In this document: positions 12,051 to 23,612 of the stretch, piece by piece
Numbering within the stretch: the first letter of the stretch is position 1
Layout of the letters: the number at the start of each line of letters is the position of its first letter
Assembly (NCBI GenBank): GCA_029953675.1
Contig: JAMWBK010000010.1
Coordinates: forward strand, 620,001 to 684,000
DNA from: Rhodosorus marinus CCMP1338
Lineage: Eukaryota; Plantae; Rhodophyta
DNA: 64,000 bases
Direction of reading: 5' to 3'
Notes under the pieces: generated by a model
Databases searched by the model: none
Told to the model about the DNA's origin: nothing
What the model saw: only the letters and a program-made list of their open reading frames with translations
Position numbers and translations under genes: made by a program

Positions 12051-12598
12051 CCGCGCGTGATTTTCCGTTTACTCATCAGCGGAGAACTCCTTTCGTTCTA
12101 CAGGCGTTTGTTGGGGCTTAACTAGGAGTATGCGGGTTGAAGAGCGCGGCTATGATTTAGAAGGGTCTGCGAAAAGGCTTGGCTTGGACATGGAAGCAGT
12201 ACGTAGTCATGAAATCTTTACCGTTCCGCTTGCTCGCGACTTGAACACGTGTAAAGGGCGCCATATACTAAGAAGCGCCAATTTCGCATGTGTAATTGAA
12301 CGAAGGTGGAGGAGAAGAGGGAGAAAAGATTGCAGGTGAATGGCGGTGTACCTCAGCCAGGGTCGTTGCAAGACGTTCTGGACCAAGCAAAACGCAAGCG
12401 TGATGAAAGGCGCAACATCGGACAGTAGAATACGGACATGTTCTTAGCAAGTAAGGTCAATTGTCTCAAGTCGCTTTACTTGAAGTTACCAAAAGAGGCC
12501 AAGTCATTAACTATCCACTCCCGACATTGACAATGTGTATTAGTAAAAACAAAATGCGTTAACTGAACCGAATCACTGTCCGTTTCATCATACCAATT

Positions 12599-12859
12599 CT
12601 ATAGCCCCCGATTGCGTCGTTGGTTCAGCGCTTTCACGTTCTCGAGCGCCCGGCCGACCTTGTCCTCCCAGAAGAAACGACGCATAGTCATATACCGCAT
12701 TCTGGACACCGTCGTATGACGCCGCCAGCCTTTATGACAAATCTCAAAGTAACGGTCATTAATATACAGCCGCTCCGTCCTCGCCATTCTCCTCACCTCC
12801 TGAAGCACCTTGAAAGGCCCAGCCTTCGTCACCTTCTTGTGAATTTTAAGATGAGGCAT
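12599..12859 (-). CDS. Small basic protein of 86 aa, putative mitochondrial ribosomal protein bS21m (MRPS21-like)
   Basis: Intronless Arg/Lys-rich ORF MPHLKIHKKV...DRYFEI...RR, preceded by a GA/GT-rich leader. Length and motifs resemble MRPS21 (MAKHLKF...RRYYEKP) by eye only. Confidence 0.45.
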   Translation of the reverse strand: MPHLKIHKKVTKAGPFKVLQEVRRMARTERLYINDRYFEICHKGWRRHTTVSRMRYMTMRRFFWEDKVGRALENVKALNQRRNRGL

Positions 12860-12874
12860 TTCTTTTCGTCTCCC

Positions 12875-12914
12875 CACACACACGCACACACAAACTTTCT
12901 CTCTCTCTCTCTCT
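12875..12914. repeat. Compound (CA)n/(CT)n microsatellite in the leader of the 12599-12859 ORF
   Basis: cacacacacgcacacaca followed by ctctctctctctctct, read directly from the sequence. Confidence 0.8.
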
Positions 12915-13735
12915 ATTTCTTAATTAAATGAGAGGGCAACAGAACTTTTAGGGCTCTAGAGTACAAAATTCTTACCAAAGACATCAGAGAAAGCACCTCA
13001 GTCAGTTAACTCCCTTCCCCTCCTTCCCAACCAGCCCTGAAATGCCTCGCGAAATCCGATCCTTATCCAAAAGAAATCGATCGATCGGTATCATTAGAGG
13101 CGAACGGGGTAGGAAGTGCTCAGAGATCGTGCCTCTAGAGCCAACATTTAAGCGCCATAGAGTCAGACCGTGAAGAAGCATACAGTCTAGAAAGAGCATC
13201 AGGGCGGTAAACGGTAATGATCATGCAACCAAACACCCTTAGCGCTGTCTAAGAATCCGGGTCTTCAGCTGGTGCTACCGATTACAGAGGAGGTGGTGCT
13301 AATGCGTGAAAGAGGGAGGGTAGGATGGTTGTTGGGTCGCTCGAGGAGTTCCTCAGACGGTTACAACTGCCTTGATGTGCCAAGGTACTCACAGTGTTCA
13401 GAGGGGAGAAGGAGTCGTACCTCTCCTTCCGACTCAATGGCGTTTTTCCAGTTGGAGACTGTTTTCAAATTAAGGGGGTGGCTTCTGGGAAGCCCCTGAC
13501 GCCGAGAGAGTATATATTGCGGCGCTATTGCCGAAGGACCGGAACTAGACGTAGCGCTATCCTCGTCTGGCTGAGACCCCATGCTCGCTGATGAACTGGT
13601 TGGAAACCGAGGTCTCGGAGATGGGAGAAACAACCGGAACCGCTTCATCGAAAGAGGAGAAGAATCGGCGCGTGCTCAGCAAGACCTTGGAAGATCGCCT
13701 GGAGTACAGAGTGAGTTCCCGTAATACGACACACT

Positions 13736-13796
13736 AGACATGTCCAGTTCACATTCCTGTCACGTGTAAAAAAAGGAATGTGAACTGGACATGTCT
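13736..13796. repeat. Perfect 23-bp inverted repeat with a 15-nt loop
   Basis: agacatgtccagttcacattcct (13736-13758) and aggaatgtgaactggacatgtct (13774-13796). Confidence 0.97.
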
Positions 13797-14905
13797 GTGC
13801 GAGGACTTTGAAGGGTTATACAAATCCAAGCAAGGACTCATGCCGGGGAAGCTGGAGGATCTGGAGAAGCCGAAGGAAACTGATACGACCCAGCATCATG
13901 TCACCACGATGCAGAAGAAAAGGAAAGGGATATAGTTCTTTGGCTGTCAGAAGTTTGGACATATTCGTGCAGACTGTCCCGGGGCCAAGGGCAAAGGTTC
14001 CGCCGCGGTTCTAGGGAGGAGCCACCAAGAGAGTTCCATGCAGGAATGATGGCGAGCAACAAACGAGCACAAGCTCATCCAGGCCTGAGGATCGACGTAC
14101 CACGTCTGTACGATCGAAAGCGCGTTTCAAGCTTTCAAGCGAGTGATTGACACCGACTTCATATTCGGAGACGGTAACGTGCAGACGCTAACTCAAGCGC
14201 GAACCGTGGGGCTACGCACCGAAGGGGAGGCACCCTGGACTTCTGGGTTACAATATACCTACCAGAGGCGCTCTCAATGTCATTGGCCTGAGCCGTCTTA
14301 TGGAGAAGGAGCACAATGTTAAATCCGTACGTAGCAAGACGCTTTCAGGAGAGACGGCATGGAAATTTTTAAAAGCCACAAGAAAAAACCGATCTCTATT
14401 ATACTGATCTGGAAATTTCCCAACAGCACGGAATCATGGCACCCCCAACAGCACAGGACAGGACAACAGATGCCGTAACTCTGTGCCTTGAGAGATTTTT
14501 AGGTGGGTGTAGTATAGACCTGCGCAGCTTTAAATACTTCTATTCCGTCTATTGGAGGAGTCATCTGGTAGTGAACTCTCGAATTCGCTTGCTCTCTGCC
14601 GCCCAGCTATGGTTCTGGCCATTCTTTTGGCCATCCCGTTACTCGATGGAGTGCGCGGCGCCGTGGGGTCCCGTTTGACTTCTAGATCCTTCGACAGGGG
14701 GCTCCGCTCCTCTGTATTCAAGTGCGTTGTCACTCTTCAAGTTCTTCGCACCTGCGTCTTGTGCGAAGCATCACGAGATGTTCCCAAAACGCCTCGTTGA
14801 TCAGACCCTATGCTCCATAGCACGACAGATATCAGTGCAGCCTTCCAAGCAATGTTCGGCTGAGCTAAGTCATGCTCGGGCTGTGCTGGAACTATGATCG
14901 TTCGC

Positions 14906-15845
14906 GTAAGATGCCTTGCTTCCTTCGGAAGCCTTGTTCAGCATACTTCGCGGCCTCCGGAAATACTTCTGCAAAGTCAGGGTCCTGCAGTAAGCTAGCG
15001 AATGTTGGTGAGGTAGCATGCCCGCAAGCGCCAACTGGTTGATCGCCCCTCGACTGAGGCGAGGATCCGCCATATTCTCATTTGGCATGGATGACTCGCG
15101 ATCGATGAGGACTCCCACAGTTGCGGAGACAACGAGCAAGACTACGAAAGTGATGAAGCTGCCGGACGGGTGTCCACAGCGGGACCTCGTCGGTAGTCTG
15201 ATGTTTTAGGCAGCGAGGACACGCCGGATATTTTGTTTCTCTTCGGCCCCTACACGATTACGGGTCGGAAGATTGGAAGAAGGCCAAGAAGATGTTGCGA
15301 TCCTTACGAGGTACAACCCAGTTCAAACTTAACATGGATGGTGGAGTAGAGAGGACTCTGAAGATGGACTTGAGGTCTACGCGGATTCTTCGTGGGGCGT
15401 GTCAGCTGAGAGGACTTCGGTCACCGGGGTCGCGATATTCCTTTTCAGAGCTCTGGTGGTTTATTTCAGTAGAAAGCAGAGATCAAAGGCTACATCTTCA
15501 TCAGAAGCTCAGTATTTTGTGTTGCTGACGGGGTCAAGTCTTTGTCCTCAGACACGTTTCACAATAGCGTGGTCTCTCGAGCATCCTTTGGCCTCATCGC
15601 TGGGTGACTACACTCGGTCCGCCAGAGCTCGCAACTCCAAATGCGTTATCTCCACTGCTAGTGTACCAAACTACCAATATGCTCAGCTCCCCTCGGTCGA
15701 GGAGCGATCAACCAGTTGGCGCTTGCGGGCATGCTACCTCACTATGATTCGCGTGGAGCTTACTCGCAGGACCCTGACTTTGCAGAAGTATTTCCGGAGG
15801 CCACGGAGCGTGCGAACAAGACGATGGAAGCAAGACACCTTCTAC
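14906..15845. repeat. Diverged inverted duplication of about 150 bp (copia RNase H end plus probable PPT/LTR start)
   Basis: The reverse complement of 14906-15058 matches 15691-15845, e.g. gcgatcaaccagttggcgcttgcgggcatgctacctcac and gcaggaccctgactttgcagaagtatttccggaggcc. Confidence 0.9.
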
Positions 15846-16311
15846 TGCTGGCGGGTATGGCCTTTGCGCCCACAGCATAGTTGCAAGGTCTGACCAGATT
15901 ACCATGTTAATCAGAAAGCGCAGCTGGGATAGTAAGTTCGGTGTATAGATAGTATACTGTAGACCTGAAGTAGAATCAATGAGGACCTCACAAAAAAGGG
16001 CATCATGCATATTCAATCGCAGTATACGCGACCGCAGCATAAGGCGGAAGGAAAGAAACTCAAGAGTGACACAAGGGGATGAAATGGGACCCCCGCGCAC
16101 TATGCACCTCATCTAGCAACTGGATGGCGGACATATAGGGAGAACCGTTACGCATAAGGCGGATGTAAAGAAACCCTCTGGGCCTAAGTAATCTGTTCGT
16201 GCTACCATATGCAAACATCATCGTTCAGGCACATCCCGAGCATGATCTAGGGCAACCGGGTGTTGCTGAAAGGTTGGACTGCCGCACCGTCGCATAAAAG
16301 GACTTTCAATA

Positions 16312-16339
16312 ACAGGCTGTCCCACACATGACAGCCTGT
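16312..16339. repeat. Perfect 10-bp hairpin at the right edge of the copia relic
   Basis: acaggctgtc-ccacacat-gacagcctgt, immediately before an AT-rich island. Confidence 0.8.
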
Positions 16340-17567
16340 CGTAATTTCATCCTTTTTTGTATATTTCTTTCTCCTTGCATTTCCGATGAGGAAAAATATT
16401 CCTCTTTTTATGATTTCCAGCTTCCATTTAAATTTTCTCCATTTCTATTTTGAAGGGGTTCTTTTGTTTTGTTTTCATTGATTTTGAAAAGGAAGGGGGA
16501 GAAAAACGGGGGGGGGTGGAAATCGTTTTTTAGTTAGAAAAGTTGATTAACTGTTTATTTTCTGTTGTATTTCTAAATTTGGAAACCTTTTCATCCGGCT
16601 CGGATAGATAAGATGGCTTTTTTGTACAATAATTTAATAGTTCACGTTCAAGAATGGAAGAAATAAATAGATGAATCAGGTAAAACATTTAATCTGTACA
16701 AATAGTAAAATAAATGAATTGTGGAATAATATTTATCATTTGGCAAAAGGGAAAGGGGAGGGGAGGGGGAAGGAGGTGGTTCTAGCTTAGTGGATTGGAG
16801 CTGTGGGAAGCAAGATCCTCCCACGCTGTACGAGAGAGGAAGAACCATACCAAGATCTGGCTACGGCGGAGATCCACTTGCTATGAAGCTTTCCAGCTTC
16901 AGGAAATCGTACTTAGACCGTTGCATATCACCAGGGAGCCTCCCTCACTCGTTGATCTGCGGGTTGCTATCCATCCCCAAACCAAACGACCGAGAGGCAA
17001 AGTTCGCGGTTGAGAGCATTTTTTCCATCTTACAAACAGGCGAGAAGAACCTTATCGTATGTAGTACCTGATGATGTATATACAGAGCAGAATTCTCTCA
17101 CTCACACCGGGAGGGACATCCAAACTACACCTTCCCTTATTCACTTCCTTTTCTAATTCCACGTACATTGAAAGGAAACCAATTCGCGGATAACATAATT
17201 CCATTTATTGTACGACGAAGAGTTTTTCTTGGTAAGCCGGGGAGGAAGGAGGCCTGTTGAGCATTCTCCGATGCCAGCAGAGCATTAAAAGATGGAAAGC
17301 ATTGAGCGGAGTTGGAAGGGATGGAAGTGGAGAGATGGAGAAGGTGGAAGAAGGATCACTAAAATCAGTTTGGCACATTTCAACATTGCGTCTTGGAGTT
17401 GCGTATGTGTGCGGGGGTATTGTGGATGTAACTGTATGGTTTAGGTGAGATTGCGAGAGGTAGCTCTGCTCTTTTGGGGGGTGTTGGGTGGGTTGGGGTG
17501 GGCGGAGGGGGTGGGGTTTTTGCTTTTTTTTGCGGGGGCTTTGGAAAATTTTTGAGAGGACGATCGG

Positions 17568-19119
17568 ATGGGTGACGGCATGGCGCAGCCTCAGGTGATA
17601 ACGCGATCCCAAATGCTATCTGTTTTAGTTGCTGGAATTGCCACGGTGATGATATTCTCCGATCAGAATCTGATGGCACCGAATTTGACGATGATCGCAA
17701 CGGATTTCGGCCTGGACGCAAGTGGGCGGGATTGGTTGCTTGGTGGAATGCTCTCGACGTTGTTTTTTCTAGTCGGTGCTCCCGCGTCGATCGTCGCGGG
17801 AGTGCTTGCTGATACGCGGAGGCGGGTGCCTCTGCTCAGTGCTTTTATGTTGGTGGGCGCGATACCGTGCGTTCTCACTATGTTCGTTCAAAATTACTAC
17901 CAGCTGCTGGCGACGAGAATGTTCACTGGCATGGCGATCGGGGGTGTGATACCCATCATCTTCTCGTACCTTGGGGACATATTCCCGAACAACTTGAGAA
18001 ACTACGTTTCTGGAGGGTTTGGGTTTGTCTCCGGGGCAGGGCAGGCATTGGGCCAGTTTCTTGCGGGTGCAACGGGCGAATCCTTAGGATGGCGATTCTG
18101 CTTCCCCGCGATAGGCATACCATCGATTCTAGTTGCTCTGGTAAAGTACCTAAACATCTGCCGACTAAGGACCACTCGAGTGGCTTACCAGTCGGTTTTT
18201 TTCTCGTGCAGGGTGCGTTGCTCGTATGCGAGGAGCCTAAACGGGGTGCAGCAGATGGACAGCAAAAGTTTGGCACTGGATTCAGTTGGGACTCGGTTGT
18301 GAACATTCTTCGAATAAGGTCCAATGTGCTGATTTTTCTCCAAGCCGGTTTCGGTTGCGTCCCATGGGGTATCATCACTGCGTACCTCAACGACTACTTG
18401 GCACAAGAAGGTGGACTGGAGGTTCTCAATGCTACGTACGTCATTATGTTATTCAGCATTGGAGCAGCTCTTGGTGGAGTCTTTGGATCTGTTACTGGAC
18501 AATACCTCCAGAACAAAAATCGAGCTCTGCTCGGAATTTTTATGGGGGCTACCACCATCTTATCCATTCCACCGATCCTGGGTCTGGTCCTTATCCCCGA
18601 TGGCAAGAAGTACCTAGCCATCTTCTTTGTCCTTGCTATCGTTGGCGGATTCCTGGCAAGCCCAACTGGTGCCAACGTTCCTGCCATTGTCATTAACTCA
18701 AACACCCCGGAAACACGAGGAAGTGCGCTCGCTCTCTTCAATATGTGTAACGATGTAGGGAAAGGACTAGGACCCTTGATCGGCGCCGCCTTGATTGGAG
18801 GTAAGTTGCATACCACCGAAAAAGAGTTACTCGCAACACCAGACCTCTCTGGACTTGTGGTGTTTGCAGTCGTTGTCCACGTCACGCTTGGCGGCTCTTT
18901 GTGACTGACGAAAGCGGTTGTGTATCCCTCTTGAAAAATTGCTCAGCGTTTGGACGACGGATCGCCCTGACAATCGCGATCACTTCCTGGTTTCCATGTG
19001 GCGTGCTGTGCTTGTTGCTGGCAATAACTTACCCTGGTGATGAGGACAACATGAAGGAGCGAATCAAAACTACTCCTGATGAGGAGAACGCGGAGCTACT
19101 GGGCGTCGTAGAAGAATGA
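17568..19119 (+). CDS. Major facilitator superfamily transporter, Spinster-related (paralog 1)
   Basis: DQNLMAPNL, GVLADTRRR (motif A), GDIFP, RGSALALFN; about 12 TM segments. Exons 17568-18140, 18212-18800, 18947-19119. Confidence 0.9.
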
Positions 19120-21505
19120 TAGCACCAACAAAATGCAGTTTCGCATAGAGGCGTGTGCTTGGTGAGTTTGGCCGGTAGCCCCTAAACAGAAATACAAACA
19201 CCGTGGGGGCTTGACCACTGTTGAAACTATTGAAGGGAGGACTAGTGTCGGTTGCTGGGAGGGGAATATGGGTTGTGGACCACTGTCGGATGATTCCGGC
19301 TATCTTGCTGATCTACCAGAGTTCCAATCTAGAGTAGGCTCAGAACTCTATTGTGTTCTTCTTCAGCGCTTTGGGACGTGGTCACCAATGCCAGAGTTGT
19401 GTGGTTGCCGCGATGAATGGATTTATTCGTGGACTATGGGTTGAGCTTGGTTTGGGGATGGCGGAGGATTCACTGTATCATGGTAGACATGGAAGTCATA
19501 GATATATATGTATATAGAAGTATGTATTTATACATACACGTTTTGTGTTTATGTATGTATGTGTGTATTGCTAGAAAAAAATGGGATAAACTTATGCAAC
19601 TGTCTTAAGCGGGACTAGCTTGCAAATGGACAGCACTGAACAGCAGAAAGTTTGAGCCTGGGGAGGAGTGTCCAGATCCGATTCATGACCTGATGATGTT
19701 AAAACGTTTCACTTCAAAATACGCATGACCGTTTGGTGCTGGCAGATTTATCTGGAAGCATTCTCGATATGGGAAGACAATTGGCCAGACCAGCACCCGT
19801 CGACATTACCTAAGACCGAAACAAAATGGTGAGTAGGAAGAACTCTTCCTTTCTTTGCTGGCGCGTTTGCTGCTGGTCCGTTGGAAAGACCCCTAAATCC
19901 AGGAGCGGATAGGAGGTGCAGGAAGTTGTTGGACTCCCAATTCTGTTTCCTACTTCATCGACCAAGAATTTCCCAGCATTCTTGCTAGCATCAACATGCG
20001 ACGGAGCATGGCAAACAGAGTCGGGCAGCTTTCCCGACCGACTCACTGCTCTTTTTCCATCTACAGTTTCCTGGCAAGTCTCAAAACCATGTCGAGGCGC
20101 TCGGGCAACAAGAAAAGGAACAAACAGTATCATTACAGCAGCATCGCTGCTGGGGATGGATCCTGCTGTCGACCTTGGGACCCTAGTTTGTCAGTTTAAC
20201 CTCGCGAATAATCGGCTGAGGTTAGTACACATGAACACAGAGGGGATGCACGCGTCCGTCTTCCACCTGCTAGCGCCATGTGCAGATATGTTTCGAAAAA
20301 GAAGGCCTGCTTCCATTCTCAGCAATCCCGGCTCGAGGCGGTGTGTGGTCGTCGAGAAGCCTTCCGTCAACGTTTTCCGAATGGCGAAGCAGAGGTACTG
20401 TTCCACTCACGTACATTGGTGATTCGAACTTCACTGTCGTCTTCCTTCTCGGGAGGGTTGCAAGACTTCCAGCAGATGAGCTGCAGAGGACAATGCTCAA
20501 CAGCTAAAAAAGATGGCGTATGACTATCTACAGGTGGGCCAAGCTTAAAAAAAAGCACTCTGGTAAAACCCTAATCTACCTTTGCAGAACAGAACAATGC
20601 CGAGACGTCACAGCCGCTCCGGAGCGGCGATACTACGCAGCACAAGTCGCCCAAAGCCGTCGTGAACTACAGAAAGCACAGGCTGCGAAGAACTTGTTTT
20701 CGCCACTCAACGAAAACGGAGGGAAACCCTTTCACTCGAAGATAAGCTGCGCTCTTCTAGCTGCCCTTGTCAGCAAAAACCGAAGAATTGGACTCCAAAA
20801 TAGAAAACGACCCGACAAACGAAAATACTAAATTTAGAAACTGGAGAAGTTGCGTTTTTGGCGGAGTGTTTCGTCTTCTTCGTCAGGTTGTTTTGAGATG
20901 CCGTTTCTGAAAACAAACCAAAAGTTCAAAAAAAAACACAAATTGCTTATTCTGAGGGGTTGTCTCCTTCTAGGTCAACAACAACACTGCTCGTCTTCGT
21001 CGTCACGACGTTTTGCAGAGGTCGTGGTGTTTGTCCTGCGTGTGAAGTTGTAGCTTTTGGTGGGTGGGTGAGGGAGTGGGGTGAGTTGACCAGATTTCTA
21101 AATATTCAAAGGCTTCTTCTTCGTTGCGTTTTTTGGTTTTTTTTTATTTTGTTTTTTAGTCCCTTTGCGTTTTTCTTTGGTACAGTGTGGACGTCTGCAG
21201 TGGTCTTCCCCACTGTTGCCGAGGTTCCCATGCTCCGGCACATGGTTGTTTTGTTGCGCAAGAATATAGGATATAGCTTGTGATGAAATCAGGGAACAAA
21301 ACTTGCAAGAAGAGGCAGCGAGTTTGGTGAGGACCGAGGTAGAGGCAAGGAGCTTGGCTCTGCGTACGAGCAGACTGGTGTTCTTCTTCAAGGAATTTTT
21401 GCGAGGAAGAGTAGCGGGGTGGGGCTGTGGGGTCAAATCTGAAGTGGTTTCGTGTTTAGTGTGGAAAGTAGTTCCACTCGTTTCCCCGCTCCAAGTTTTG
21501 AGGGA

Positions 21506-23096
21506 ATGTACAATGAAATTGTTTACGCGTCCGATGAAGAATCGATAGAGTTTGAGCCGTCAGAGGCTGAAGGATATGGGGGCGTTGGCGGTCCATCCAA
21601 GTGGCGAATGTGGGCTACGTCAGCGCTGCTGGCGTTGCTTACTTTCTTTGTGTTTTCTGATCAGAGCATTGTTGCACCCAACCTGACAGCCATTGCTCGA
21701 GAGTTTGGGATGACTGATCAAGAACGCGACTGGAAACTTGGAGGGATCCTGTCCATGCTCTTCTTCATTGTCGGCGGACCTGCGTCTCTTCTCGCAGGAT
21801 ATCTCGCGGATACCGTTGGTAGGCGGATTCTTCTCATTATGGTCTTCACGGCGATGGGCGGCGTGCCTTGTGTGTGCACATTTTTCGTCAAAAATTTTGC
21901 GCAGATACTGGCTACGAGGACCTTTGCTGGTTTCTCCATGGGAGGAGCTCTGCCGATTCTCTTCTCCCTCCTTGGTGACCTCTTCCCCAGCTCACATAGA
22001 ACGTACGTCGGTGGCGCGTTCGCCCTAGTCTCTAGTACAGGACAAGGAGTGGGGCTCTTCATCGCTGGCATCACTGGGGCCAAACTTGGATGGAGATATG
22101 TTTTCCTTTTTGTTGGGATCCCAATGATTGTTGTCGCAATTGTAGGAGTTGCCCAGCCCTGCAATCTTCACTCAAGAACGAAACGGTCGTTTGTAAATTT
22201 CTGACTCTCTCGATCGGAAAATGTAGGCTACGTGGTTGTTAGTTCCTGAGCCTGAGAAAGGAGCCGCCGATGGTCGCGGACCGAGTCGAGCTGAACCGGA
22301 GGACAGAGGAAGAAGTAGAGCCCCGATGTTATCAATTTTCCGAGTTTTAACAAACAACTTGATCTATTTGCAGGCTACTTTTGGGTGTCTCCCGTGGGGC
22401 GTCATGTTCGCTTTCATGACCGACTACCTGGCGCAGGATGTAGGTCTCGGGGTTGTGAAAGCAACGACTGTCGCTACATCGTTTAGCGTTGGATATGCCA
22501 TTGGCGTCCTCTTGAACAGCATTATTGGGCAGAAACTCCAGAACTGGAAACCGAGCCTCATGGGGTTGATGATTGGGTCATCGTCAATCGTTGGGATTTT
22601 CCCCACTGTGTTCATCATCTATTCGGATGCGGCAAAAATACCGATGTGGATTCTCCAAGCCCTGGCCTGTGTCGGAGGATGCATCCTAAGTGCGCCGGGC
22701 TCCATCCTTCCCTCCATTCTAATCAACGCCAACAAGCCATCAACTAGAGGATCCGCAGCTGCAGCCTACAACCTTTTCAATGACGTCGGAAAAGGGTTGG
22801 GGCCGATCTTCGGCTCGTTACTAATCGAACGTAAGCGCTCCCTATTCCTCACCATCCTGCAGAAGATTCACAGTGTTCTGATCATCGCGCCACCCGAACA
22901 CCTGTGGATGTTCCTCTGCTTCTTCACGCTGCCTCCTACAGTCACAGGTTCTAGACGATCTGCGCTTATTTTGTCCTTCTCAGCGTGGTTACCTTGTGGT
23001 CTGATACTCCTTGGACTCATGTACTCGTACCCACGCGACTTGGAGACGGCCAAAGTGGAGAAGGTAGCAACTGAACTGCGTGATCACGGAACATAA
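21506..23096 (+). CDS. Major facilitator superfamily transporter, Spinster-related (paralog 2)
   Basis: DQSIVAPNL, GYLADTVGRR, GDLFP, RGSAAAAYNLFNDVGKGLGP. Exons 21506-22141, 22227-22830, 22942-23096; intron positions equivalent to paralog 1. Confidence 0.9.
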
Positions 23097-23612
23097 CTCG
23101 GACTGATCTGCCGTTCCCTTCCAATGGACTTTCCAACGGGAAATATTCCAGAGCTAGAAAAGGTTGTGGACTCTGTGATCCAGTTCTGTTGTTACGCTTG
23201 TTAGGAGCAGGCCTGCAAGTGCGCTCCACCTCGCATCGTCGGTGTCCAGGCCTGGGTTGGCCGTGCCGCTTGCAACGCTAAATGATCACTGAACACGTGG
23301 CGGTTGGTTAGTCTTCGTTGTCTGTATTGGTAATAATTTGCAAGGCAAAGCACATGGAATCAAAGCGTGCGCTCTCAAACCGCGCGATTTGGAAGAGAGC
23401 TCTAGCCAAGTATTGCGAAGTTCGCAAAAAGGAGAGAGAGAGAGAGGGACAGAGAGAGCCAGAGGGGTTTCACTTCGCCACAAGCGAGAGGAGCATCGTT
23501 GCGCATATCCCGCTTCTCATAAACCATCAGAGCCGTCTTGAGTCGTCGCTTATGCCGAGGATTTGATAAGGGTTTTCTGCTGAAAACGCTGTGTTCTTCA
23601 TCCTCACGTCGC

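Larger units (their letters stand above)
13300..16290. mobile_element. Degenerate, rearranged Ty1/copia LTR-retrotransposon relic with fragments on both strands
   Basis: Plus strand: Gag zinc knuckle (F)FGCQKFGHIRADCP 13936-13980; protease-region FGDG...NVIGLSRL about 14160-14300; RT end/RNase H DLVGSLMF, KKAKKMLRSLRGT, YADSSW, ERTSVTG, SRKQ...SSSEAQY about 15180-15520; integrase-like GVAER about 16255-16275. Minus strand: integrase KSDNALEY and TAPRTPSSNGMAKRMART about 14600-14745, and RNase H end NENMADP about 15060-15090. Many stops and frameshifts. Confidence 0.88.

Noticed and set aside
15805-15880. Integrase-like peptide ERANKTMEARHLLLLAGM
   Set aside because: The DNA aligns with the inverted copy's post-RNase H sequence (probable LTR start), so the resemblance is probably coincidental.
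19700-20830. Gene or transposase between the two MFS paralogs (short TIYRW and HTPPRAGIAE peptides)
   Set aside because: Only isolated short motif resemblances on opposite strands, with no consistent frame or termini.
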